Made by a program: the position numbers and the translations under genes. A stretch of 64,000 nucleotides of DNA from Peptococcaceae bacterium UBA5752 (GTDB lineage Bacteria > Bacillota > Dehalobacteriia > UBA4068): NCBI GenBank assembly GCA_002419055.1, contig DIFI01000021.1:24102-88101 (forward strand), in the 5' to 3' direction. Of the stretch, positions 49,467 through 59,570 are shown piece by piece. Under the pieces are notes generated by a model. It did no database searches and had not been told where the DNA came from. It saw only the letters and a list, made by a program, of their open reading frames with translations. Every line of letters starts with the position of its first letter. Position 1 is the first letter of the stretch.

Positions 49467-50777
49467 TTATCCCAGTTTGTTGATAGCCAGTCCGGCGATA
49501 ACTTTGGGAGAGAAAAACGTTGATTTTTGGGGCATCTTTTCGCCTTCGTCGGCGACTGCCAGCAATTCATCAACCGATGTACTGTTAAGCAGCAAGGCGA
49601 AATTATGCTCGCCGCTGTCGACCATGGCAATCGCTTCTTTGTCGTCGCGGCTGTAGGAGATAGCAGCGCCGGAAGCCAATTCTTCTTTTCCGATCGAGAA
49701 GATGTTTTCCAATATCAGCTTATGAGCGATACTGACATCCAGCTTGCGGGAGGCGTCAGACGTATTGGGCATCATTTTGGTCAGCAAGTGATGGCTGCGG
49801 TTGGTGGTCAGCAGATAGTAGCTGCCCTGCATATATAAACCAAAGGCTGCATTTTCTTTGTCGCTTTTTTCTTTCATAGCGTCTAATGTCATGTCTAATG
49901 GATCTTGCCCATTATCTGCAGTGATTTTATTAATAGCAAACCCTGTATTTGTTAATTGATCAAGAAAAAATTCGGGGCGAAAATCCGCTTGCTTCTTTAA
50001 CAATCTGTGGGTCGGCAGTACAATCAATCCCGGATCGAAAAGATTAACCAGGTCAATTAAGAGATAATCGCAGTTGCTCCAGCCATTTTTGGCAGCTTCT
50101 TTGGCAAAATTGGTTGCGGTTTCGTAACGGTGATGACCGTCTGCAATATATATTTTTTGGCTGGCCAGCTCTTTTTCGACTTGTGCTACTGTTTCCGCAT
50201 CATCGACGACCCAAATCTGGTGACGGACATTAAGCTCGTCGGTAAAATCGATAGCAGCTTCTTTATTTTGGGCAGCCGCCGCCAGCGCTTTGTCGCAGCT
50301 GCGGTCGGGTTGGGAATAGAGGCCGAAAATGGGGCTAAAATTTGCCAGGCAGGCATGCATCAGATTCAAACGGTCGCTTTTGTGATGCGGCAGCGTTTGT
50401 TCATGTGGCAGCACGTTGCCCGAGGAATAGCCTTCCGCCTTGATCGTCGCCAGAAAACCGCTGCGGCGGTAACGGTTGCCTTTGGCGGTAAATTCTTGAC
50501 AGTAAAGATAAAATGAGGGCTTTTGTTCCTGTAATAACACACCCGCTTGCTGCCATTCGCCAAAAAATTCGGCAGCGCGCGTATAGCGGTTATCGGTATC
50601 GCTGTCTTGCGGGTATTGTTTGCCCAATTCGAGGCGGATAATATTGTACGGGCTGCGATTATAATAATCATCTTGCTGCTTTTCATCTAACACGTCATAA
50701 GGTTGGGTAACTGCGTCAGCAATCTTGACCATTTGTTGATTATAGCGTAAAGCGCGAAAAGCTTTGATATCTGCCAT
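49467..50777 (-). CDS. DUF1015-family protein
   Basis: N-terminal MADIKAFRALRYN and an IADGHHR motif. AAGGAG RBS. Confidence 0.65.
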   Translation of the reverse strand: MADIKAFRALRYNQQMVKIADAVTQPYDVLDEKQQDDYYNRSPYNIIRLELGKQYPQDSDTDNRYTRAAEFFGEWQQAGVLLQEQKPSFYLYCQEFTAKGNRYRRSGFLATIKAEGYSSGNVLPHEQTLPHHKSDRLNLMHACLANFSPIFGLYSQPDRSCDKALAAAAQNKEAAIDFTDELNVRHQIWVVDDAETVAQVEKELASQKIYIADGHHRYETATNFAKEAAKNGWSNCDYLLIDLVNLFDPGLIVLPTHRLLKKQADFRPEFFLDQLTNTGFAINKITADNGQDPLDMTLDAMKEKSDKENAAFGLYMQGSYYLLTTNRSHHLLTKMMPNTSDASRKLDVSIAHKLILENIFSIGKEELASGAAISYSRDDKEAIAMVDSGEHNFALLLNSTSVDELLAVADEGEKMPQKSTFFSPKVIAGLAINKLG

Positions 50778-50927
50778 CTTTTATCATTCTCCTTATATTT
50801 AATACTCCAATATTATAAGATATCGGCGGCGAAATAGCAACCGTTTGCTGGTAGCAGGGATATTCTTTCTGTATGGCGAAATTATTACCGAATAAGTATT
50901 AATTTATGCGGAAAAGAGGTAATTGCT

Positions 50928-52466
50928 TTGCTGTATATGGTCAATAGCTGCGCTGTATTCGGTTTGAGCGGTTATAATCTGAGGGTCGAGGTGGACGTCG
51001 GTCGCGGTCTGCCGGCCTTTGATATTGTCGGTTTGCCCGATGCGACGGTGCGCGAGAGCAAGGAACGCGTCCGTTCCGCTTTGCGTAATGCCGGTTACGA
51101 ATTTCCCCTGCAAAGGATTACCGTAAATCTGGCGCCTGCTGATATCAAAAAAGCCGGAACTTTACTGGATCTGCCGATTGCGGTTGGTATTTTGGCGGCC
51201 AGCGGCCAGATCACAGACGGCTCGTTATTGCGCCGTTCGGCGATCGTCGGTGAGTTATCTCTCGATGGCACAGTGCGTGCTGTACCCGGCTGCCTCTCCA
51301 TGGCCGACTGCTTAATCAATAACGAAGATATCGATAATTTTATTGTGCCGGCGGCAAATTCGAAAGAAGCTGCTATCTACGGCAAAATCAATGTTTATGG
51401 TATAGAACATTTATCCGAGCTGGTAGCAGCTTCCAACGGCGAACAGCAATTGTCGCCGACGGTTATCGACGCCCATACTTTGCTTAATAATAAACCGCAG
51501 CACCCGATATTGGATATGGCCGAGGTCAAGGGACAACTACAGGCGCGGCAGGGGTTGGAAATTGCCGCAGCAGGCGGTCATAATCTGCTGATGGTCGGCC
51601 CGCCCGGTACCGGCAAAACTATGCTGGCCAAAAGGCTGCCGGGGATAATGCCTGATATTTCGCTTGCAGAAAGTATCGAGATTACTAAAATATATAGTAT
51701 TGCCGGTATGCTGCCGCAGGGTACAGCTTTGATGTGCGAGCGGCCTTTTCGCTCACCGCATCACGGAGCATCGGCGGCGGCGATTATCGGCGGCGGCGGT
51801 AACCCCCGTCCCGGCGAGATCAGCCTTGCCGGTCACGGCGTTTTGTTTCTGGACGAAATGCCGGAATTCTCCCGTGATGTATTAGAGGCTCTGCGTCAGC
51901 CGTTGGAAGACGGCGTGGTTACGGTATCGCGCGTACAGGCGCATATTGATTATCCGGCCCGTTTTCAGTTGGTTGGCGCGCTCAATCCTTGCCCTTGCGG
52001 TTATTTTGGCGATAAGCAAAAGCAATGCACTTGTACGCCGCTGATGCGCCAGCGTTATCTGCATAAAATTTCCGGTCCCTTAATGGACAGGATAGACCTT
52101 CATGTTTTTGTGGCAAGAGTTGAATACGATGATATATCCGATAGAAATAATAGAGGAGAGAGCAGTGCGTTAATCAAGGCCAGAGTTGAAAAGGCCCGCG
52201 CTGCCCAATTGGTGCGCTTTGATGATCCGCTGATGGTTAATGCACGGATGACTCACAGTGATATTGACCAATATTGCCCGCTGGATGCCACCGGCCAGCA
52301 TTTATTGGCCGATGCCTTCCGTCGGCTCAATATGAGCGTGCGGGCACACGATAAAATAATCAAAGTGGCGCGGACAATCGCCGACCTGGCAGGCGAAGTT
52401 AACATTGAATTCGAGCATATTGCGCAGGCATTGCAGTTTAGAGGTTTGGATAGGCCGATAGTATGA
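50928..52466 (+). CDS. YifB/ComM-family Mg-chelatase-like AAA+ ATPase
   Basis: Walker A GPPGTGKT. Lon-like N-terminal and ChlI domains. Confidence 0.85.
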   Translation: MLYMVNSCAVFGLSGYNLRVEVDVGRGLPAFDIVGLPDATVRESKERVRSALRNAGYEFPLQRITVNLAPADIKKAGTLLDLPIAVGILAASGQITDGSLLRRSAIVGELSLDGTVRAVPGCLSMADCLINNEDIDNFIVPAANSKEAAIYGKINVYGIEHLSELVAASNGEQQLSPTVIDAHTLLNNKPQHPILDMAEVKGQLQARQGLEIAAAGGHNLLMVGPPGTGKTMLAKRLPGIMPDISLAESIEITKIYSIAGMLPQGTALMCERPFRSPHHGASAAAIIGGGGNPRPGEISLAGHGVLFLDEMPEFSRDVLEALRQPLEDGVVTVSRVQAHIDYPARFQLVGALNPCPCGYFGDKQKQCTCTPLMRQRYLHKISGPLMDRIDLHVFVARVEYDDISDRNNRGESSALIKARVEKARAAQLVRFDDPLMVNARMTHSDIDQYCPLDATGQHLLADAFRRLNMSVRAHDKIIKVARTIADLAGEVNIEFEHIAQALQFRGLDRPIV

Positions 52467-53473
52467 TGGATATTAACTGGCAAAATGCGGTATTTGCCGC
52501 ACCGATGGCCGGTATCAGCAGCCGTGCTTATCGGGAAATAGTGCGTGCCCATGGCGCTGCGGTTGCCTGCAGCGAGATGATCAGCGCGCAGGCGCTTTGT
52601 TATAATAACAAAAAGACACGTGAACTGATCGATATTGATGACGAACTCTCGCCGAAAATGGTGCAACTAAGCGGCAGCAGTACCGATTTTATCAAAGAGG
52701 CGTCGCTGATACTGCGTCAACTTGGCGCGGATATTATTGACCTCAATATGGGATGTCCCGTGCCGAAAGTGGTGCGTAACGGCGAGGGCGCGGCGTTGAT
52801 GCTGCAGCCGCAGCTGGCAGCAGATTTGGTGAAAGCGGCGCGTAGTGCCTATCTGCCGGTATCGGTGAAGTTCCGCTCCGGCTGGGATAATAACAGCATC
52901 AATTGCGTGGAGTTTGCCCGCTGTCTGGAGGATGCCGGCGCGGCGTTTATCACTATCCATGCCCGCAGTAGGGAGCAAATGTATCGCGGCAGCGCCGATT
53001 GGCAGCAGATTGCCGCAGTTAAAGAGGCGGTAAACGTGCCGGTAATCGGAAACGGCGATATCGTTTCTGCCGCTGATGCTGTGGCGATGCAGGAGATCAG
53101 CGGTTGTGACGCGGTAATGGTAGGGCGGGGTATGTTAGGCAATCCCTGGCTTTTTGCTGATATAGATTCTATATACAACGGGCGCAAACAGCCGGGGCGT
53201 CCCGACGCGGAGCAAATATTAACACAGGCGCTGGCGCATCTGCAGCGGGAGATGGAGCGGGCGCGATATTGGGCGAAAATGCGTGGTGGCGACAGCGTTG
53301 AAGAAGACACCGCCGCAACAGCGGCCTTGCGCAGCCTGCGCACCCATTTGGGTTTTTATCTTAAAGGTTTACGCGGCGCCGCTTTGATGCGAAATGAGCT
53401 TAATCATTTGTTGAGTTATAGCGAAATAGAGTTGTTGTTTAAAGAATATTTACAAAACAAAGCGGAGGATTAA
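52463..53473 (+). CDS. dusB: tRNA-dihydrouridine synthase
   Basis: ATGATG overlap with the yifB stop. TIM-barrel Dus motifs (NMGCP). Confidence 0.85.
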   Translation: MMDINWQNAVFAAPMAGISSRAYREIVRAHGAAVACSEMISAQALCYNNKKTRELIDIDDELSPKMVQLSGSSTDFIKEASLILRQLGADIIDLNMGCPVPKVVRNGEGAALMLQPQLAADLVKAARSAYLPVSVKFRSGWDNNSINCVEFARCLEDAGAAFITIHARSREQMYRGSADWQQIAAVKEAVNVPVIGNGDIVSAADAVAMQEISGCDAVMVGRGMLGNPWLFADIDSIYNGRKQPGRPDAEQILTQALAHLQREMERARYWAKMRGGDSVEEDTAATAALRSLRTHLGFYLKGLRGAALMRNELNHLLSYSEIELLFKEYLQNKAED

Positions 53474-53486
53474 ATCCTCCGCTTTA
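53462..53486 (+). terminator. Terminator hairpin (GCGGAGGAT...ATCCTCCGC TTT)
   Basis: 9-bp stem spanning the dusB stop codon. Confidence 0.55.
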
Positions 53487-53592
53487 TAATAAATAATTAT
53501 TATAGTTATCTGATTATATATAAACAAAATCTATTTTACGCAGGTGTTTTACCATGTTATAATTGACAAAGAAATTTTTAGGAGGAACACAT

Positions 53593-54177
53593 ATGCAAAA
53601 TGACAAAACATGGAAAACAAAAGAAGTAGTAGTAGCGGCAATGGTTTCGGTAGTAATCGGTATTTTATTTATATTATTAGATTTGGCTTATATGCCATTA
53701 GCTGCAGTATTAGGCGCTACATTTATGGAAGTTCTCTTTGGCGTTTATATGCTTTCGGCATTTTTGCCTGCTTATATTATGCAAAAACCGGGGTTCGCGC
53801 TCTTTGGCGCCGTAGTAGCAGCCGGTGTCAATATCTTAGGCGGCAGCGCATATGGCATTCAGGTGCTGCTGGCGGCATTGTTACAGGGGGTGGCTGCGGA
53901 AATAGTTTTTGCCGGCCGTAAATACAAATACTCGGATCTTACTATGTACCTGGCGGGTATATTGATGGCTGTCTTCGTATTTGTCCGTGATTACTTCGTA
54001 TTCGGTTATTCCGCGATGCCGGTTAGCGTTTTACTCGGCATGATGGCGGTAAGGCTGGTTAGCGCAATCTTTATCGGCACTTATCTGACTAAGGGCATCA
54101 GCTTAGCTTTAGTTAAAACCGGCGCTTTGAAGAATTATCAAGTTGCCAATGTGGCAAGGAAAGGTAAAGCGGCTTAA
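53593..54177 (+). CDS. ECF transporter substrate-specific (S) component (YkoE/HmpT-like)
   Basis: AGGAGG RBS. Six TM helices. Immediately followed by the A and T components. Confidence 0.65.
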   Translation: MQNDKTWKTKEVVVAAMVSVVIGILFILLDLAYMPLAAVLGATFMEVLFGVYMLSAFLPAYIMQKPGFALFGAVVAAGVNILGGSAYGIQVLLAALLQGVAAEIVFAGRKYKYSDLTMYLAGILMAVFVFVRDYFVFGYSAMPVSVLLGMMAVRLVSAIFIGTYLTKGISLALVKTGALKNYQVANVARKGKAA

Positions 54178-56016
54178 ATGTCTGAAAAACCGTATGGTGT
54201 TCAATTCCGGGATCTGGAATTCACTTATAGCGGAGAAACGTTGCCGGTTTTAAAATGTTTAAACTGCAATTTCCCCAAAAATAAGCTAAACCTGTTACTC
54301 GGCCCCTCGGGCTGCGGCAAAAGCACCGCTATGTATATGCTAAACGGCATTATCCCCCATGCCATACAAGGAGTCTATCAAGGAAGCATCTATCTGGATG
54401 GGGAAAATATTACGGGGAAGCGGCCGCAGGAATTGTCAGGTAAGGTTGGCTTTGTTTTTCAGGATCCCGAAAGCCAGTTTTGTACTTTTACAGTTGAGGA
54501 CGAGATTGCCTTCGGTCTGGAAAATATCAATACCCCTCCGCAAAAAATTAGCCAGAGAATCAGTGATTCTCTGGCTATGGTTGGCTTAAAGAACAGTGAA
54601 AAATTAATTATCAACAATCTCTCCGGTGGTGAAAAACAGAAAGTAGCACTGGCGGCTGTTCTGGCTATGGAGCCTGATACCATTATATTGGACGAACCAA
54701 CCGCTAACCTGGATCCGGCCAGCACCTGTGAGGTATTCCTCTTGCTGGAAAAGCTAGTTAAGGAACAGGGTAAAACACTAATAGTTATAGAACACAAACT
54801 GGACGGTTTTCTGGATAAAACCGATTATATCGTAGTTATGGATCAAAACGGAGTCGTGCGGCTGGAGGGCGGTCTCAATAGCGTGCTGCCACGGCTGCTC
54901 TTCGACCCTGATTTTGATTCACTGAAAGTGTTTTTGCCGGAACATCTGCTGATTATCAGAAATATATATTCCAAACTGTCAGAATGTCAAGCCATTCGTG
55001 ATTTACGTAAAGAAGAGCTTGCCGAAGTTGGCGGCGACAATCTTAATCATCACGGCTACGGTCTGGATTTTGGCGTAAAAACATTAAAGAGAACAGCTAC
55101 TGCATTAGGAATAGAACAACTCCCGGTTTTGGGGCACAGCCGCCGCACCGCAAAACCACTGCTGGTTTTGGAGAGTGTCGGATTTTCCTATCAGAAAGCC
55201 GGTGCGGGAAAATTGTTCGGCGGAGGCTTAAAAAAATCCGCCTCCCGAGACATTCTTGATGATATTGATCTGACTATCAATGAGGGCGATTTTGCCGCTA
55301 TTCTCGGACCAAACGGGGCAGGCAAATCCACGCTCTTAAATCTGATATTTCAGATCGAAACCTCTTACCGAGGCAAAATAACCCTCGGCGGCAAGGATAT
55401 TAGAACATTGAAACGGCAAAAGCTCTATCAGCACTTAGGACTGGTATTTCAAAATCCGGAATGGCAATTTGTAACCAACGATGTGGAGCAGGAATTACTC
55501 TATAGCCTCCGTAACTTAGAATTAAGCGATCAGCAAAAGAACAAAAAAGTACAAGAAATGCTTAGAACTTTTCATCTCGAAGACGAAAAGGGTCAAAGTC
55601 CCTTTCTGCTCAGCCAGGGACAAAAACGCCGCCTCAGTGTGGCGGCAATGCTGCTGACCGGACAGAAAATGTTGTTTTTGGATGAGCCTACTTATGGACA
55701 GGATTATCAAAATCAGTTGGAACTGATGGAATTGATGAAAAATCTCAATCAAAATGGCATTACGATCGTACTGGTCACTCATGATATGTCTTTGGTTGCG
55801 GATTATGTGGATACCGTGCATTTGCTGCTCGACGGCAAGATCGGGTTCAGCGGTACCCCGGAGCAATTGTTTGCTGATGACGACCTGGTAGAAGAAGGAA
55901 GGTTACTTAGACCGGTTACCTGGGAGCTTAGCCGAAAATTGGCAGAACATTTTCCCGGCTTTCGGCCGCTGATCAGCAAGGAAAAAATCATCAAGGTCTT
56001 CAGCGAACCGGCTTAA
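54178..56016 (+). CDS. ECF transporter fused duplicated ATPase (A-A') component
   Basis: Two Walker A sites (GPSGCGKST, GPNGAGKST) and two LSGG signatures. Confidence 0.9.
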   Translation: MSEKPYGVQFRDLEFTYSGETLPVLKCLNCNFPKNKLNLLLGPSGCGKSTAMYMLNGIIPHAIQGVYQGSIYLDGENITGKRPQELSGKVGFVFQDPESQFCTFTVEDEIAFGLENINTPPQKISQRISDSLAMVGLKNSEKLIINNLSGGEKQKVALAAVLAMEPDTIILDEPTANLDPASTCEVFLLLEKLVKEQGKTLIVIEHKLDGFLDKTDYIVVMDQNGVVRLEGGLNSVLPRLLFDPDFDSLKVFLPEHLLIIRNIYSKLSECQAIRDLRKEELAEVGGDNLNHHGYGLDFGVKTLKRTATALGIEQLPVLGHSRRTAKPLLVLESVGFSYQKAGAGKLFGGGLKKSASRDILDDIDLTINEGDFAAILGPNGAGKSTLLNLIFQIETSYRGKITLGGKDIRTLKRQKLYQHLGLVFQNPEWQFVTNDVEQELLYSLRNLELSDQQKNKKVQEMLRTFHLEDEKGQSPFLLSQGQKRRLSVAAMLLTGQKMLFLDEPTYGQDYQNQLELMELMKNLNQNGITIVLVTHDMSLVADYVDTVHLLLDGKIGFSGTPEQLFADDDLVEEGRLLRPVTWELSRKLAEHFPGFRPLISKEKIIKVFSEPA

Positions 56017-56033
56017 AAAATCAAGGAGCAATA

Positions 56034-56834
56034 ATGTTTACTTATGACGACAGGGATTCTTATTTGAAAGACACCAATCCTGTGATCAAGCTGTTTTTGA
56101 TTATAGGCATTACTATCCTTGTCAGTCTTTCCTTTTTCCCGGTTGTTCCTCTTGTCACGATCATCGTTATTGTTTTGGGTTTGATGATTTTAGGCCGTTT
56201 TCAGCTTAGCGAGATCATCTATCTGGCCAGATATTTTATATTTATCTGCTTAAGTTTTATGGTCTTTTTGTTAGTGACCAGAGGCTTAGTTGGCCCCGGC
56301 GCTTATAAACTTGCCTTTTTGCATTTTCAGTATAATGATTTTATATATGCTTTCTCTCTGGGGTTAAGGATCATGGTTTTGGCCTTACTATCCCTTGCTT
56401 TTGTACTGACCACAGATCCCAACGATCTGGTATTGAGCATGATGCTTCAGCTCAAGCTGCCGCATGTCCACGGTTATGCCGCCTTGGCCGCGTACCGCTT
56501 TATTCCGACCTTTAGCCGCGAAGTGCAGAAAATTCAATTGGCGCAAACAATCCGCGGCGTCAAAGATGAAAAGGGGATAGCAAATAAATTGAAAAGGCCG
56601 TTCAAGCTTTTTCTGCCTTTGTTATCAACTGCGATCCGGCGCGGTGAAAGGGTATCAATGGCTATGGAAAGCAGAGCCTTGGGTGCTTATCCGACAAGGA
56701 CTTTTTACCGCAAGACCTCGATCAAGAAAAAAGACCTGGTGTTTCTCATAGGTGCAGTAATCGTTTTTGCTGCAATTGTGATTATCCTCATAAAATTTAA
56801 TCTGTTCCGTTTTAATTTCGGTTTTACTTCATAA
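56034..56834 (+). CDS. ECF transporter transmembrane (T) component
   Basis: CbiQ-like TM protein; AAGGAG RBS. Confidence 0.8.
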   Translation: MFTYDDRDSYLKDTNPVIKLFLIIGITILVSLSFFPVVPLVTIIVIVLGLMILGRFQLSEIIYLARYFIFICLSFMVFLLVTRGLVGPGAYKLAFLHFQYNDFIYAFSLGLRIMVLALLSLAFVLTTDPNDLVLSMMLQLKLPHVHGYAALAAYRFIPTFSREVQKIQLAQTIRGVKDEKGIANKLKRPFKLFLPLLSTAIRRGERVSMAMESRALGAYPTRTFYRKTSIKKKDLVFLIGAVIVFAAIVIILIKFNLFRFNFGFTS

Positions 56835-56853
56835 ACAATTTGAGGAGAAAAAT

Positions 56854-57696
56854 ATGCCTTATAAACATCCTAAGATCAGCTACGGCCTACCCGCCGATAG
56901 CCATAATAGCGAGCTTACTTCGGAGTATATCGAAGATCTGCAAATGGCTATTGGTATCAAAGAAAACCGCCGGATTGTTGGCGTACGGTTCTTCTTTAAT
57001 AAAGAAGATTACGACGCTTGCCCTGATCCGCAGGTATCGGGAAAACTGGCCTATTGCGTAATGGTAAAAAAAGCCTGTGAAGGTAAAAGCTATAAGAGCC
57101 GCCTGCAAAATCATAACTGTGATGGCGGCACCACCGCGTTGGGACTGGAAAAAAGCAACAACAGTATCGAAAGCGGCGAAGAATATTTCTCCTATAACCT
57201 CTACGGCAACAGAGGCGCTGCCCGGCGCATGCGCCAAAGTGTTGACAGCCTGCACCGGCTGGAAGCCGATACCTACGGCATACTTGTCAAACCTTTAAAT
57301 GAATTTATTTCTGCACCGGATGTGGTTATTTGCCTGGTAAATCCTTATCAGGCGATGCGTATTGTCCAAGGATACGTCTATCACGACGGACGAAAACCTA
57401 ATTTTAATATTGGCGGTATGCAGGCCTTATGCTCTGAGATCACTGCAACTCCCTACATTACCGGCGAACTCAATCTCAGTGTGCTATGCCCCAGCACCAG
57501 AATGCTTTGCCGTTGGGACGACGATATAATGGCTGCAGGGCTGCCTTTTGATAAATTTTTTCCGACAGTGGAAGGTGTGATCGCCACAATTAATACCACG
57601 GATCTAAAAAAATACAAAGAAGAGATTATCAAACGTTTTGCTGCCCGCGGTAAAGAACTATCGCTTACCCTCAATGAAGATTACTCAGCTGATTGA
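56854..57696 (+). CDS. DUF169-like (COG2043) protein
   Basis: GAGGAG RBS. Soluble, Cys-containing. The family assignment is from memory of COG2043 features. Confidence 0.5.
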   Translation: MPYKHPKISYGLPADSHNSELTSEYIEDLQMAIGIKENRRIVGVRFFFNKEDYDACPDPQVSGKLAYCVMVKKACEGKSYKSRLQNHNCDGGTTALGLEKSNNSIESGEEYFSYNLYGNRGAARRMRQSVDSLHRLEADTYGILVKPLNEFISAPDVVICLVNPYQAMRIVQGYVYHDGRKPNFNIGGMQALCSEITATPYITGELNLSVLCPSTRMLCRWDDDIMAAGLPFDKFFPTVEGVIATINTTDLKKYKEEIIKRFAARGKELSLTLNEDYSAD

Positions 57697-57706
57697 TAAA
57701 AATATG

Positions 57707-58090
57707 TTATTGATTACAGGCGTTTTCGATTGCTTTTAAATAGGCTTTGCTGGTTACCGTAGCGCCCGAAACGGCGTCAACAGTGGTGTTATGCTCGGCA
57801 ATTACGCGGTCGAAAAGCTCATCTGACACGTCCTTCTGGGCAAAGGTAATATCGTCGGTGATTTCGATAGCGGTGATTCGGTGATTTTCTACCGTTACAT
57901 TCAGTTGGTTGCTCCATCTACCGCCTTGATATTGGCCGCTATAAACGCCGTCAGCCAACGTAGCTGTATCAATGCTATTGATGGCGACATTTTCGCCATC
58001 TTTTAGGCCCTGTAGTAAATACAAAAACACAAAAAGAAAAATAATGACTATAATTGTCAGGATAATCATGATGACTTTTAATATTTTCAA
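57707..58090 (-). CDS. Membrane-anchored FMN-binding-domain protein
   Basis: N-terminal TM plus the C-terminal FMN_bind motif DAVSGATVTSKAYLKAIENA. Start TTG 58090 (GTG 58099 is possible). Confidence 0.65.
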   Translation of the reverse strand: MKILKVIMIILTIIVIIFLFVFLYLLQGLKDGENVAINSIDTATLADGVYSGQYQGGRWSNQLNVTVENHRITAIEITDDITFAQKDVSDELFDRVIAEHNTTVDAVSGATVTSKAYLKAIENACNQ

Positions 58091-58144
58091 ACAACACACC
58101 CCTTTCCCTTATTATAAATGCACTGTTACATAACAATTATACAA

Positions 58145-58176
58145 AAATGCGGCCCTTTTTGATGGGCCGCATTTTT
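58145..58176 (-). terminator. Terminator hairpin (AAAATGCGGCCC...GGGCCGCATTTT)
   Basis: 12-bp perfect stem flanked by A/T runs (bidirectional). Confidence 0.6.
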
Positions 58177-58234
58177 GTATTAATAGCATATGTTGTTTGC
58201 TGCCGCGGCTTTCTTCTATATGACTATACCACGG

Positions 58235-58831
58235 TTATTTATTTATCAGTAATTTTTCATTTTTAGTTGCTTCATCGCCGCATTTTTTACGAAGTACTTT
58301 AATTTCGGCTCCGTATTTGTTTTCGGGATTGTTTTGGAAATTAAACATCGGTACATTATAAGCGATGATGGTGTTTAGTAGTTGATCTGTTACTTCCGAT
58401 TCGGATTGGTAAAATGCGCCGGTGAAATTGTCTTTCATCCAGGCTGTCAGCTTTTCTTCACCTTGTTCGTCGAGCGTATAATTGATATAACGGTCGGCAT
58501 CATTGGTGTCGAGGGTACGCGGCACAGGTACCAATTCTAGTTGCGATTGCATAAGTGCTGCCAGCGACCGGCGCAGTGTCGAAAAGCCGGTATTGCCGCT
58601 GATAAAATGGCGAGAGCTGTTAGATTTGGATTTGCCCACATATACAATGCGGGGTTCATCGTTGCGCCAGAGGTGGTAGCCGAGTTCGTTACCGTTGTAG
58701 GCAATAACATAGATGCCATTTTGACTGTCAAAGCTGTCTAAGAGCGCTTGATCGAGTTGGCAGAGGCGGGACAGCAGCTCTTTGGTCACCGCCTCTGAAT
58801 CCTGCCAGGTGATAGTATCCTCTTTGTTCAT
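58235..58831 (-). CDS. GIY-YIG-like domain protein, function unknown
   Basis: GIYVIAYNGNELGYHLWRNDEPRIVYVGKS. ATG 58831 lies 9 nt after GGAG. Confidence 0.55.
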   Translation of the reverse strand: MNKEDTITWQDSEAVTKELLSRLCQLDQALLDSFDSQNGIYVIAYNGNELGYHLWRNDEPRIVYVGKSKSNSSRHFISGNTGFSTLRRSLAALMQSQLELVPVPRTLDTNDADRYINYTLDEQGEEKLTAWMKDNFTGAFYQSESEVTDQLLNTIIAYNVPMFNFQNNPENKYGAEIKVLRKKCGDEATKNEKLLINK

Positions 58832-58857
58832 AAAAATCAACTCCGTTCTGCTATTTA

Positions 58858-59430
58858 TTACTCGTTGGCATAAGTCTCCGGATTTAAGATCGCTACATAG
58901 GGCAGATGGCGGTAACGTCCGGCATAATCAAGGCCGTAACCGACCAGAAACTCGTCAGGAACCTCAAAGCCGCGAAAATCGACTTCGATCTTTGTCTGTC
59001 TGCGGGCGGGTTTATCAAGCAATGAGCAGAGGCTCAGTGATCGGGGGTTACGCGCCCAGAGCATATCCTTGAGGCAGCGCAGTGTAATACCTGTATCAAT
59101 AATATCTTCGATTACCAATACGTGTTTTTGGGCTATCGGTTCGGATACGTCCTTAATGATTCGCAAAGTGCCGGAAGATTGTGTTTTGTCCTCATAGCTG
59201 CTCACGGCCATAAAGTCTATTGATATAGGCATTTTGAGCTCACGAATCAGATCGCTTAAAAATACCACCGAACCACGAAGTATACCGATCACTATTAGTT
59301 GATCAGCATTAAGAGAGGCATAATGAGCTGTAATTTGTCTTCCTAATTCTTCAACCTTCTTTTTGATATCTGTTTCGGAAATGATAATACCGGCAATATT
59401 TTTTTCAAGATCCTGCTGCCAATCTTTCAT
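58858..59430 (-). CDS. hpt: Hypoxanthine phosphoribosyltransferase
   Basis: PRPP motif VLVIEDIIDTGIT. ATG 59430 lies 7 nt after GGAGGTG. Confidence 0.9.
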   Translation of the reverse strand: MKDWQQDLEKNIAGIIISETDIKKKVEELGRQITAHYASLNADQLIVIGILRGSVVFLSDLIRELKMPISIDFMAVSSYEDKTQSSGTLRIIKDVSEPIAQKHVLVIEDIIDTGITLRCLKDMLWARNPRSLSLCSLLDKPARRQTKIEVDFRGFEVPDEFLVGYGLDYAGRYRHLPYVAILNPETYANE

Positions 59431-59570
59431 GCTAAACACCTCCATATGGATAGTAATTCTTGATTGCGACTCCAACACCTTCTTATAGAGACTTATTAAT
59501 CAATATTTTCCAGACATTTTTATCTACATTCTTCCATAGATATGTGATATAGCAAAGGAGGAGCAATATT

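Noticed and set aside
53474-53592. Possible THI-box/TPP riboswitch upstream of the YkoE-like ECF S component
   Set aside because: Only a dusB terminator and an AT-rich promoter region are visible. There is no CTGAGA...ACCTGATC-type core.
56840-57061. 73-aa ORF overlapping the DUF169 gene start in another frame
   Set aside because: It is fully contained in the better-supported 56854..57696 gene, which has a GAGGAG RBS.
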